From Schmidtea polychroa (lineage: Eukaryota), in contig CM097885.1 in NCBI GenBank assembly GCA_044892525.1, forward strand, positions 23,252,001 to 23,312,185: a stretch of 60,185 bases of DNA, in the 5' to 3' direction. The notes under the pieces are model-generated. The model saw only the letters and a program-made list of their open reading frames with translations. It was not told where the DNA came from and made no database searches. Position 1 is the stretch's first letter, and each line of letters opens with the position of its first letter. Positions 48,238-60,185 of this stretch are shown here, in pieces. Both the position numbers and the translations under genes were made by a program.

Positions 48238-49489
48238 AATTAAGTGATAAAAGTTTAGCAAAAATTTATCATTTCATTTTAGTACTTTGTTACAATTGGC
48301 ATTATTTGTTTAATTTGATATTATATATTAGTTTAATCTAATGCAAATACTTTAACTTACATATATTCTACAATAACTCTTTTTTGTTACTTGTTTATTT
48401 TTCTTTGATATCTATTAACATTTTTGAATTTTTGTGGAATGCAGTTTTGGAAAGGAAATCATAAATGAATTTGGAATATGTACATAAAATATTTATTTAA
48501 TATTATTAAGTGTTTTAATTATTTAACATAAAAAATTAGAAATGGTTATTAAAATAACAAATTTTTATTTTTTGTTTTAATATTACTTCGCCACGCATTT
48601 CCAACTGCTGAAAAGGAGAATAAAAATGCATCACTCACAATTCGAAGAACTTGTTGCTAAGCGAGCAATGTCTGGAATTAAATTTTATCAATTGAAAATA
48701 GATTTCAACGACTGTAATTCATACCTCCACAATAACTTCAATCAACAACACCTTAATGACAATAGACCGTCTTCAATTTCGCGAATATCGAACTATCGAA
48801 AATCTGCTTCACTAACGTGTCTTGTCTGACAATTAACAAATCCACAACCGTCTGGACGTTCCTGATGATACCAACTAATTTGAACACAATTAACTTCAAA
48901 TAATACTTTAATTTAAGAATTTATTTACATTTATATTCTAATTTAAGTAGTCAATTGGGTAATATCATTTTATTGGGTAATTATTGTAGAGGCCGTACCA
49001 CAATCTGACTCCACGTTCTTTTTAGTGAAATTGAAACAATGGCATCCAACAAAATAGATTTTATTTACTTTCACCAAAATGTCTAACAATATCTAATTCT
49101 TGCTTCCATATATTTAGAAATTTTCTCAATAAACCGAAGATGTGTCAACCCTAGAAAGGCGAAGTGTGCGAAAAAAAACCACTCAGAAATGAAGAAAATT
49201 ATATTCAAAATCTCAGGAAGGTTAAAAGCAATAGTGGTGGAAAATATGTTACAGGAAATAGCAAACCTATGCAAACCTTTGTGTTTGAAGTACTGTAGGG
49301 ATAAAATAAATTGTTTTACCTGGAAATTTATTTTTATACAATTTTGGAAAATAAAATTTGAAGAAAATATGCTACTCTCAAACGAGAAATGCCTAAAAAT
49401 GAAAATCAAGAAATGGGAAGTCAAAATCAAGACAATGTTAATTTAAATACTCTTTGACACATAAAATTGAAAGTACATTGGTTTTTTTT

Positions 49490-50200
49490 AAAACATTTTT
49501 CTGGATACTTACAACAATGAAGAATAACGGTTCGGTTAGTTCGTGCTCTTCATCAGCATTTACCTAGTGCTGATTCACGCAGAAAATCCAAAAATTCAAG
49601 ACGAAAAACTCCAGAATCTTTTATTATTACTGTTAAAGAGCTCATTCAAAGATTTCCTGTCATTGCCAGCCGTTATAAAAGATTGCATAATTCTGGTAGA
49701 AAATATTTAAGTCCAGATCTAGATATTCAGAAAATGTTTACTCTTTATCTTGAGAAATGTAAAACTGATGATAAGCAACATGTGAACGAATTGATACACA
49801 GAAAAACCTTTAAATGTGTTCAATTTGCGTTTTCATCATCCTAGAAAAGATACAGGTAGAAGATGCGATCTTTTAAAATTGAATGTTGAAACATGTGAAA
49901 AAGAACATGAAAAAATACAATTACAGGTTGAACATGATGTATATCCCCGAATAGCAGAACTGACTAGGATATCTTTAGAAGATAACCAGAAAAGGGTAAG
50001 TTTATTACAATATGAAAATTTTGCTTTTTCATTTGATTTACAAAAAGCTTTGTAATTTCCAAAACTTTCTGCTTTTCTATCATATTACAAGAGGAACATG
50101 TACTTTTTAAATTTTTTTTCCACAACTTTCATAACAACAACATTGATATGTATTATTGTGATGAGACCAATGCATCAAGAGTTTTAAATGAAGTTCCCAT
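49490..50200 (+). pseudogene. Degraded DDE DNA-transposase fragment (superfamily unresolved)
   Basis: Pieces SGRKYLSPDLDIQKMFTLYLEKC, FNLRFHHPRKDT..RCD, FAFSFDLQKAL*FPKL, YYKRNMY, DETNASR; multiple frameshifts. Confidence 0.6.
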
Positions 50201-50376
50201 TTGTACTGACCCAATAATCGTATGATTTTTGTATAGTAGAAATGGACCTAAGAAATAGTATTCTACTTGTATTTATTATTTATAGTAATTAATTATTCCA
50301 GATATAGTAATTATTTATTTACCTAACCTATTTATAGTCATTTATTCTAAATTTAGTAATTATTAATTATTTATAC

Positions 50377-50546
<170 letters not shown>

Positions 50547-51015
50547 TATGTCCTAGCCTCTACATGGCTATCGAAAATTGCTCTCAGAACGAGCCAATAT
50601 AGTTTTATATATTCCAAATGAATACTATAATGCAATAACATATTGGTGCAGAAATCCTATGTCGTACATAAAAATGAAAAGAGCGATGTTATAGTATCAC
50701 TTGAAAAAGGAGTGCCGAAAATCCGTGAATATCAAAATACATCGATATCTTTACTGATTCTTAGTTAAGTTTTTTAATAAAAACAATTTCAATTGAAAAT
50801 AAATTGTATGTATATAAATTATTTATTATAATTATTGTTTTAATGATTTAATAAGTTATAAGGTTTTTAACCAATATTAACGCTTTCATTAACGATGTAC
50901 ATAATTTTTTATTTCAAGAACGGCCATTATTGTTCTGTTGATGTTGCTGTTAATATATATTATACAAACTTTTTTTAATAAGGTCTACTGCCATTATTTA
51001 TGTCACTTATGTTCA

Positions 51016-52557
51016 ATGAGTTTTAATTGTGATACCATCTTAGCAATTCTTATGGTAAGCTTTAATTTTTTTATGATGAGTATTCCAGAAAGCAGTCTGT
51101 ATACGATTCTTCCAAAATATCTCGTCGACAAACTTGATAATGCCACTGCCAATGCTACTGCCAACCTCCCTTTCAATGTCACAGTTTATGACACGACCAA
51201 TCTAATGATGAATATTTCAAAACCTTGTCAAATTCATAAACCTCCATACTTCATCGTTAGTATGGTATTCCTAGCCAAAAATCTGGCCCAGGTGATTTCG
51301 AATTCAATATTTGGATGTCTTGTTGATAAAGTAGACAATTTTGCGATTTTAATAACAGCACAATGTTTGGGCATCGTTGTGTCTTTGATTTACGGTTTTG
51401 GAAATTCGGTGTTAGCTTATATTTTGGGAAGGATTCTTGATGCTTTCGTTAACGCAGCCTCATATATTTCTATCCTTGCAATAATCTCAAATCTTTTTTC
51501 AAATATCATCATTAGAGGCCGATATTTTGGTTTAGGGAATACTTTATATTTCTTCAGTCATTCTATTGGTGCAATATATGGAGTAGAAATAGACGTAAGA
51601 TTAGGAAAGCCACCAGTTTTCTTTCTGCTCATACCCTTATGGGTTGTTACAATTTCATTTACGTTATGGTTATATATGAGAGTATCAAAAACAATGAAAA
51701 ATCAGTCGAAAAATGTTGTAGAAATCAAAGAATCTGACGACAAAAATATTATTGAAAATGAACATTTAAACAAAGAAAATCTCGAAGAAATTCCAGTCAA
51801 AAATGTTGTAGAAATCAAAGAATCTGACGACAAAGATATTATTGAAAAAGAACATTTAAACAAAGAAAATCTCGACGAAATTCCAGTCAAAATTATAAAT
51901 TCAACTCAAAGTTTTGATAAAAATTCTGATATCAATCCAAAGAAAGATAAACAGAATAAAAGTCCTTTGATTTCGATAATGCGCATGCTTAAAAACCCTA
52001 TTGTTTTAATCTGTCTAGTTCAATTATTTATTGCGAACTTTAGTATGTTTGCGTTGCCAGCAACACTGCCTTCATGGATGGGGTTCCGATTGTGCGCAAC
52101 GGAAACTCAACAAGGATTGGTTTGGGCTTTTGGATTTATTGGATATGTAGGGGGAGTAGGATTAGTTATTTTAAATGTTAAATACGCTCCTAAGTTTCTC
52201 TTCTACACTCCAATAATTGCACAAATGATTGTTGGTATTTTACTGATACTATTGCCATTCAGTCATGATTGGCGATTGCTATTCATTCCGATTATTGGCA
52301 TGTATTTCTGTGTGGGAATTGTTGAACAAGTAATATTTCCATTGACAACATATCTGGCTGACCAATACTTTAATTCCAATTACGGGACCATGTCATCCTT
52401 GACATCTCAATCTTTGACTATATGTGGAGTTCTAGGAACCTTATCAAGTGGTCCAATATCCGAGAGATTTGGATTTCGTGCCCTTAGCGTTGCTCTAGGA
52501 ATATTAAATTTAACGTTTTGTGGCTTGCATTTTTTTCTCAGAAAATCTTATAAATAA
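51016..52557 (+). CDS. MFS transporter, divergent SLC18-like, intronless; copy 2
   Basis: Close paralogue of 41684-43135. The start at 51016 (MSFNC...) is chosen by alignment to copy 1. It has a 90-bp tandem duplication in the central loop (51709-51888). Confidence 0.85.
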   Translation: MSFNCDTILAILMVSFNFFMMSIPESSLYTILPKYLVDKLDNATANATANLPFNVTVYDTTNLMMNISKPCQIHKPPYFIVSMVFLAKNLAQVISNSIFGCLVDKVDNFAILITAQCLGIVVSLIYGFGNSVLAYILGRILDAFVNAASYISILAIISNLFSNIIIRGRYFGLGNTLYFFSHSIGAIYGVEIDVRLGKPPVFFLLIPLWVVTISFTLWLYMRVSKTMKNQSKNVVEIKESDDKNIIENEHLNKENLEEIPVKNVVEIKESDDKDIIEKEHLNKENLDEIPVKIINSTQSFDKNSDINPKKDKQNKSPLISIMRMLKNPIVLICLVQLFIANFSMFALPATLPSWMGFRLCATETQQGLVWAFGFIGYVGGVGLVILNVKYAPKFLFYTPIIAQMIVGILLILLPFSHDWRLLFIPIIGMYFCVGIVEQVIFPLTTYLADQYFNSNYGTMSSLTSQSLTICGVLGTLSSGPISERFGFRALSVALGILNLTFCGLHFFLRKSYK

Positions 52558-52627
52558 TAACATTGTAATAAAATAAATATTTTTAATTTCTAATTAGTTT
52601 TTTTCAACACACCATCACTATTATAAC

Positions 52628-52798
<171 letters not shown>

Positions 52799-53142
52799 AT
52801 TAAGTATAAAAAATTGTCATATAATTTAAATGATAGTTTGACTAATACTACAGAGAAATAAATTTATGAAAATTTTACCACGTAATTTTAATGAAAACCA
52901 GTGAATAAAAATGATAAAATATAATCAATTTTGATTTTTTGATTTTTTTACATTAACGATTTTTATTTTTAAAAAATAATTTTTTAGATTTATAAATTTC
53001 TTTGTCAAATATCAAATAATCCTATTGAAGAAAAGTGCAATCTCACAATAAAAATCGAATTTCAACCGATTAAAATTTGATGTTCATTCAACCGTAACCT
53101 CGTTTGAAAATAGAAATAATTTGTTTTCGTTTTTCAAATAAA

Positions 53143-54231
53143 ATGAAATTTTCATCAAATTTCACATTATCCAAAACAAACTCTACAGGATATTTCAATA
53201 TATTAAAAATAACAAAACATAAAGGATTTATCGCTGGAATATGCATCTTTATTCTATTCATTGTCTTCATGTGCCTATTGAAAAGAATTCACACTATTAG
53301 AAACTCGAAATCCGCATTGAAAAAACGATTCACAAAAATCACAGATATGAATTTTGAAGAAGACGTTGAAGAGTATAAACCTTCGAAATTTGGGGACATA
53401 AGCTTTGCGATTGATTATTTATTCGGGAAAAACATTTTAGTTGTCAACGTAATGCAGGTTTTTGGTCTGACTTCACGATCCGAAATTGAAATAGATTCAT
53501 ATGTCAAAGTTCGAATAGAACCTGAAGCATGGAAAATTAAACCGCGTAAAACAAAAATACAACACAAAACAAACAATCCAACTTTTTCCAAAAGGTTTCA
53601 ATTCAGAATTCTCAAAGCTGAACTAGACAATGCAGTTGTCATACTTGAGGTCTACGATCATGATTTTTCCGGCGCCGCTGATAGTATGCTGGGAATTTTG
53701 AGATTTCCAATTTCCTCCATGACCCATCAAGAATTCCAAGAATTGCCCTGTGAGAAAAAAATGCCACTTGATGCTCCGACCGAGAGCCAAGAAGGCAATG
53801 GGGAAATTTGTATTGTTCTCAAACATTTTCCAATTGAACACTTATTGAAAGTAACCGTGTTAGAAATAAAGCGGCTTAGTTTCAATTCAAAAACTAAAAT
53901 TCCGCCAATTTACGTTTCCATAGAAATGTTCTACAAAAATGAGTCATTATCAAAAAAGAACACAACTACTAAACACAATACTCGAGATCCTTATTTTTCA
54001 GAAACATTCGAGTTTCATTTAAAACCTGTCCATGCTCCATATATTCGTCTGTTATTTAAGGTTTTCCAAAAACCGACAATAGGGCTTCAAAAGTGTATTG
54101 GAAAAATTGAACTGGGAAGTAATAGTCGAACATTATCAGCTAAGAACCATTGGATGGATATGACTGCTCATCCAAGGGTAGCTAAAGCATGTTGGCATGC
54201 CTTATCGTATGATAAAGCTAAAGATAATTAA
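53143..54231 (+). CDS. Synaptotagmin-like protein (TM + C2A + C2B), intronless
   Basis: N-terminal TM (GFIAGICIFILFIVFMCLL), C2A (DSYVKV, KTKIQHKTNNPTF, VYDHD), C2B (KKNTTTKHNTRDPYFSETFEF, CIGKIELG), and HW.DM...PR...WHAL C-terminal signature. Confidence 0.88.
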   Translation: MKFSSNFTLSKTNSTGYFNILKITKHKGFIAGICIFILFIVFMCLLKRIHTIRNSKSALKKRFTKITDMNFEEDVEEYKPSKFGDISFAIDYLFGKNILVVNVMQVFGLTSRSEIEIDSYVKVRIEPEAWKIKPRKTKIQHKTNNPTFSKRFQFRILKAELDNAVVILEVYDHDFSGAADSMLGILRFPISSMTHQEFQELPCEKKMPLDAPTESQEGNGEICIVLKHFPIEHLLKVTVLEIKRLSFNSKTKIPPIYVSIEMFYKNESLSKKNTTTKHNTRDPYFSETFEFHLKPVHAPYIRLLFKVFQKPTIGLQKCIGKIELGSNSRTLSAKNHWMDMTAHPRVAKACWHALSYDKAKDN

Positions 54232-55016
54232 GAAGAAATGAAAAAATATTTTTGTATATATATAAAAGATTTATAATTTTATTGTAAAAATAAAAATATT
54301 TTTGTTTCTTTAATTATTATAATTAGAATAATTATTAATAAATAATAATTATAATAATAATGGTTTAATGATAAATTAAATGTTTGTATAAAAAATTGTG
54401 TTCAAAACATAAAAGGTAAATATAACACAAATACGAAAAATTAATTAAGTGCAAAAAAATTAATTAAAAAAGCGAAAAATGGAAAATCAATATTTCTCAT
54501 AGGAAAAGATATGAGTGAGTAGCAAATGAAAGAAAAAATACGAATTTGATAATTTCAAATTAATAAGGCATTATTTAAAAATTACAAATTAATTAATTGT
54601 TTATTTATAGTCATTAATTAAACTAGTGGGTTCACAAGGTTGACAGGCATGACACAGACTTGTCAAGCGAGGAAAAATCAATAAACTCAAATAAAAATTT
54701 GGTGAAAATTGATACCAAGATGCCAAAACAATTATTGAATAATAAATTAATTTATTTCGGAAAATCTAACTGACGAGAAATGATTGATGGAGATAAGCTG
54801 GATAAAAAAAGACAGGAATTCATTTAGAATTGCCATTTCGTTCGAAGAAAGTGAAAATATTATTAGTGAGATTGTTGATTCTGAGTTGGCAAATGAAAGT
54901 TATTGTATTGAGTTTCATTGTTTTAATAAAGGACATTTGGAGTCAGAAATAATTATTTTCCTGCCGAAGTTATTTAAAAACTCAAAATATTTTTGCCTTT
55001 AAGACTATTTAAGGTT

Positions 55017-55258
55017 TATTCATAAATATATACAAAATTATTCATAAATATATACAAAATAATTCATAAATATATACAAAATAATTCATAAATATATACA
55101 AAATTATTCATAAATATATACAAAAATATTCATAAATATATACAAAAATATTCATAAATATATACAAAATTATTCATAAATATATACAAAAATATTCATA
55201 AATATATACAAAATTATTCATAAATATATACAAAAATATTCATAAATATATACAAAAT
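55017..55258. repeat. 11 x 22-bp subterminal array TATTCATAAATATATACAAAA(A/T)
   Basis: Period of 22 read directly; only 2 inverted copies at the right end (about 56620-56663). Confidence 0.9.
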
Positions 55259-55425
55259 TTGAATAAAAAAATACCATTTTAAATATACATTATTCAAAAT
55301 AAAATTATCAAACATTTATGATAGTTAAAAGATTTCCAATAAAGTACTAAGTTAAATAAAACATCAATTTAATCTAATTCTATTATCTTTTAAAATTCAT
55401 AATCTATTAAAATTACCTATATTTT

Positions 55426-56461
55426 ATGGACCAAAATGTGAACTCAGAAGGATTTGAAACAAACGAAAGCCAAAGAAAAGCCAGAAAACCTAGGCAACAA
55501 ATATCGGTTGATATATGGAAAAGGATTAGAAAAGAGTTAGAAAAGAATTTTCTATTAAACATATCGCCAAAGATGCTGATATATCCTTAAAAACAGCATA
55601 CAATATTGTCGATAAAATTTCAGAAGGTATGACAAATGAACAAATTATATCGAAGAAAAAGGAAGACCTGTCAACAATGAAAGCATAGCAAAAACGAAAA
55701 TATCCGAAATTTTATTAAAAGATACTTCTTTTTCTCGATAAGAAATTCAAATTGAACTGAGGAAACTTGGGATTAGGAAATCGTAAAGTACTTTATGCAG
55801 GGACTTAAAAACAATGGAGACAATTAGTTCGGGTACCTGAAGATCGAAATTCAGAAAAAAATATAAATCTCAGACAGACATATGGAAAAATGATAAGTTT
55901 TGTTACAGATGATAATTTAATATTTTTAGATGAGACTCGTGTAAATCTACACCAGATCAGAAACTATAGCGACTCTCTCAAGAATTGTAAAGCTTTTAAA
56001 ATTGTTAAATCGAATAAAGGTACTAACATTTCTTGCATGGTAGCAATTAAAAAATCAGGAATAATTGGTTTTAAAGTATAAGATGGTCCTTTTGGTGGAA
56101 TTGTATTTATTCAATTTATAAATGAATTTTTGATACCACACTTTTTAATGCATCCTAATGATGTTCTAGGCCTTGATAGTTATAGCTTTCACAAAAGAAG
56201 TGATATAATTAATTTATTGAATCAAGATGGCATTAATCATAGGTTTTTACCTCCGTATTCTCCACAGCTAAATCCTATAGAGGAATATTTTAGCTACTTT
56301 TAGTCCAGGTTAAATAGCCTAGAGAATATTATAAGCAACCGAAATGATTTTAAATTTAAAATTTTAGAAAACTGAGTGAAGAGTTTGTAGATCTTTCCAG
56401 TTGGTTCAGGAATATGCGTAGGTATGTAGAAAATGCTTTATCAAGACGGGCTTTTATTTAA
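55426..56461 (+). pseudogene. DD34E IS630-type transposase pseudogene
   Basis: LIFLDET...NISCMVAI...LGLDSYSFHK...FLPPYSPQLNPIEE (34 residues between D and E); several stops and frameshifts. Confidence 0.85.
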
Positions 56462-56798
56462 TAAAAAGATTTATGGCTCTAAACTTTAGAGTCGAAAGCA
56501 TATTATGTAAATTATGTAATAAAATGTTTTATTTTGATATATGTGTAATATTGAAGCTCAACATTTTTTTATCAAATATTTTATAAATAATACTCTTTTT
56601 ATTTTATTTTTTTATTCAAATTTTGTATATATTAATGAATATTTTTGTATATATTAATGAATAAACCTGTAATGAATTATAAAAATTATTTTTTACATTT
56701 TTAATATAAAATCAAGACAAAGTCTTATGTTTTCAATATCCTTCTTTCATATATGTTGCAGTTAAAGTATAAACTTAGGCAATGTATATATTAACTAG

Positions 56799-57019
56799 CC
56801 CTTTAACCACTAAAACCGTCTACAGATGGTCATCATAAAAACCCCATTCAATTCAAATCAAAACATTTTCGCGTTCCAAACAGTAAGACCGTTTTTCGTC
56901 TGTAAAACTACACACCACAACTTGCAGGTTTGAACACGATCAAACACATGGTTTGCTTGTAACGGTCAGTTTGGTTGAGTTTGGTTTGTCCTCGTAATTT
57001 TATTTCAGTGGTTTAAGGG
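56799..57019. mobile_element. Possible piggyBac-like MITE (221 bp)
   Basis: Imperfect TIRs CCCTTTAACCACTAAAA / TTTCAGTGGTTTAAGGG; flanks CTAG / CTAA. Confidence 0.45.
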
Positions 57020-58752
57020 CTAAATAAAGTATACATTCTCTAATAAAATACATAAATATTATTCTAGTATGCCATGTTGCGATGCAGCATACTACCTAGG
57101 TATAATATACATTTTATTATTATTTTATTTTGTCTAAAAATTTACTACTAAAATATTCATTAGTGACTGTATACATTAAATGAATTTAAAACTTTAACAG
57201 GTTAATGTAAGCTTGTTCAATTTTAAAAGTTATTTTGACAGTTAATTATTTATCATAATAATTAATTATCTTAATAAATCATTGAAATATTTAATTCTCA
57301 GCTGAAAACACCTCACAAACCAACATAAGTTTTTACAGTTTTTATCATTTTTTTACAAGGTTGTTCAAACTAAATATAGTTCTTGCACGGCATTCAGATA
57401 ACATGGAATGTATCTAAAATTTGACTTTAAGAAACACATATTATTTTAAGCAGATATCTGAAGAACATATCTACCGTATAAAAAGGAGTTGGGTGTATAT
57501 TTGAAAATTAAAAATCTTAGCATGAGAAATATAAAAAAATATTTATTTAAAAAAAATCTATGCAGATGGAAAAAGTGTTCAAATTGAAGAAAGAGAATAT
57601 TCTTATCAAGAAGCTTGTTGAGATATAGCACGAATAGTAGGTTATACAATGTTGCAAAATATATACAAAAAAAGTTAAACAAATAATGAGTTTAATATAC
57701 AAGAGATTTGTAAGTGATATTTAAGAGTTATATAAATAATTTGCATTAATTATTTTGGGATATTTAAATGTTTGTCGATTTAACCAAATCTTGATCCAAC
57801 CTCTCGTGTTCAGCATTCAAAAGAATAAGAATCAAATCCCAACAAAATCTTTATTTCCAAGTCGTTCAAATTAGTTAAACTGTTACACAAATTGGTAACC
57901 GACCAAATGGTATCACTCTCTAAAATCAAAACACAATCTTGTTTATTTCTCAATTCTGAATTGGCCCTCGTCTCGTTCACTGACAGTTTTGCTTGTCGTT
58001 TTAATTGATTTTGATAATTTGTATTTTTTTAATATTTTTTTCATATCTTTTTAATATCTTTTTGTATAACCTCAATAATTTTATAAATATCTGATAAATT
58101 TAATATTAACCAAAAAATGTTTGTCTAACTTATATGTAAATACGGTGCTGGCAATAGAAAATATTGAAAAATATTTATTTGCTATGTATAAAAATGAAAA
58201 AAAATTTCAAATTGGTAAAAATAGACAAAATTTATTTTTGATTAATATTTAGTTTTCTTAATATTTTAGGTTAGTTTTATAAGTTGAGAATTAAAATTTC
58301 CCAATGTTATCAGATTGGATCATAATCGGATTAGGTAAAGGTGTTGACTGAATAAATATGGCCATAATATTGAGGCCAATATTTGTGGATCAGATTACTA
58401 CCCAACAACCTTCCATGATTGAAGATTAATCTCCTATATTTCTATGTGTACAGAAAAGATTAGACGTCGTTCGAAGTCTATATAATTACGGGAGAAACTT
58501 GACTTATCTATCTTCGAGATTTTCTGTTCATTAAACAGAAAAAATCACTCAATGATTCATTTAAAACTCTTACTTTTACTTTTACAATTTCAAATTGTTT
58601 TTATAAAGGGGTAAAATAATATCTTATTTAAATTTAATTTGTTTAAATTTTGATTCAGAGATGCAGAATCTCATTACTGCGGTTCGGGAGAAATGTAATC
58701 TTAATGTTTTCAAAGTCTTTCGTTATATTAACAAATATTTTCCAATTTTTAG

Positions 58753-59242
58753 GAGATCATGTTGCCTTGGGTGGTCTGGAATGAAGTGCAATGAACGTAG
58801 GATCAATTGCATAATAAATGATATTATTTTTATTTATGTTAATTTTTCAAGCGGTTTGTGAGAAAGGCTGCGGCTCAGGAAAATGCATAGAACCGAATAT
58901 ATGCGATTGCAGAGAAACAAACAGATTTGGGCAACAATGTGAAAAGTTTGGTGCAGAAGTGGCGTTAGGTTAAAATTTATTTATTTAAAAAAGAGGTTTT
59001 TAATTATTACATGTATTCCAGTGTCTCAGAACTTTGAATTAGCTGATCAAGCCCAATGCTTATATTTGAATGGAAGGTCTTACAAAACATTCGATAGAGT
59101 TAAAACAATCCAAACAAATTTCACTGGAAATATGGTCCTAGTCCAAGATTGCCTGAATCGTCCACCAACCTACCAAATTATTGTCAATCCTCAAGAAAGT
59201 TGCGTAAATAAATCCAGCAATGATTGTGAAATTACAATCAAA
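58753..59242 (+). CDS. Internal exons (58753-58796, 58852-58968, 59022-59242) of a Cys-rich EGF + VWD-like extracellular protein gene; partial
   Basis: GT-AG introns of 55 and 53 bp splice in frame to give RSCCLGWSGMKCNEPVCEKGCGSGKCIEPNICDCRETNRFGQQCEK...AQCLYLNGRSYKTFD...VLVQDC. Confidence 0.7.
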
Positions 59243-59423
59243 GTTAGCGCTTATTTCAAATAATAAATATTAAAATAATAATAAAATTAAAGTATCTTAG
59301 TAGCAGCATTAATTAAATGTTAAACAAATAAATGAAAATATATAGTTTGCAGCAAAAGGCTTATATTATCATTTACTTGTTTAATAATACAATAATAATA
59401 CAATAATAATACAATAATAATAC

Positions 59424-59676
<253 letters not shown>

Positions 59677-59721
59677 GTATAAAGTGATGATTTCTGGGTA
59701 GCAGTATTTATTATTTAAAAC

Positions 59722-59906
59722 AATAAAGTGATAATTTAAGCCTTTTGCTGCGAATAATGTATTTAATGAAAATATTTTCGACTATAAGATAGTCCTTGTC
59801 AATCTCCGAGATCAATCTCCGGAGATTGTTAAGGACAATCTTATAGTCGTAAATTTTTTCATTAAATACATTATTCGCAGCAAAAGGCTTAAATTATCAC
59901 TTTATT
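59722..59906. repeat. ~185-bp hairpin (86-bp arms) flanked by (AAT)n on the left and (ATT)n on the right
   Basis: AATAAAGTGATAATTTAAGCCTTTTGCTGCGAATAATGTATTTAATGAAAA...CAATCTCC / GGAGATTG...TTTTCATTAAATACATTATTCGCAGCAAAAGGCTTAAATTATCACTTTATT. Confidence 0.88.
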
Positions 59907-59916
59907 ATTATTATTA

Positions 59917-60001
<85 letters not shown>

Positions 60002-60011
60002 CAATTATTAA

Positions 60012-60077
<66 letters not shown>

Positions 60078-60087
60078 CAATTATTAA

Positions 60088-60166
<79 letters not shown>

Positions 60167-60185
60167 TATGATTTCCCTTTGAATA

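Larger units (their letters stand above)
55011..56669 (+). mobile_element. Decayed IS630/Tc1-mariner superfamily transposon
   Basis: Ends AGGTTTATTCAT... / ...ATGAATAAACCTG-TA, with subterminal 22-bp repeats and transposase remnants between them. Confidence 0.8.

Noticed and set aside
50938..51015. 26-aa N-terminal extension of transporter copy 2
   Set aside because: Absent from copy 1; alignment favours the ATG at 51016.

Overview
AT-rich eukaryotic (metazoan-like) DNA dominated by nested mobile elements. 1-5810 is the end of a Polinton/Maverick (adintovirus-like) element with a protein-primed PolB; its terminus (...CTCACTACT) abuts a truncated 5' LTR of a Ty3/Gypsy retrotransposon (5811-27768). 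The Gypsy integrase is split by the main discovery: a 16,042-bp, essentially non-coding, near-perfect palindrome (9756-25797; arms of 7.4 and 7.6 kb, 993-bp spacer). It has AGTAG...CTACT termini and a 6-bp target-site duplication (TSD, CTGCCA), which are Polinton-type integration hallmarks, and removing it restores the integrase reading frame. A diverged relative of part of the palindrome arm lies just right of the Gypsy element (27769-28690). The right half holds three hAT elements and a hAT MITE, four TG...CA solo-LTR-like elements with 4-bp TSDs (one triple nest), a decayed IS630/Tc1 element and (AAT)n microsatellites. Host genes there are two intronless SLC18-like MFS transporter paralogues plus a fragment, a synaptotagmin-like gene, and exons of an EGF/VWD gene with ~55-bp introns. 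All calls come from reading the sequence by eye; no database searches were run.
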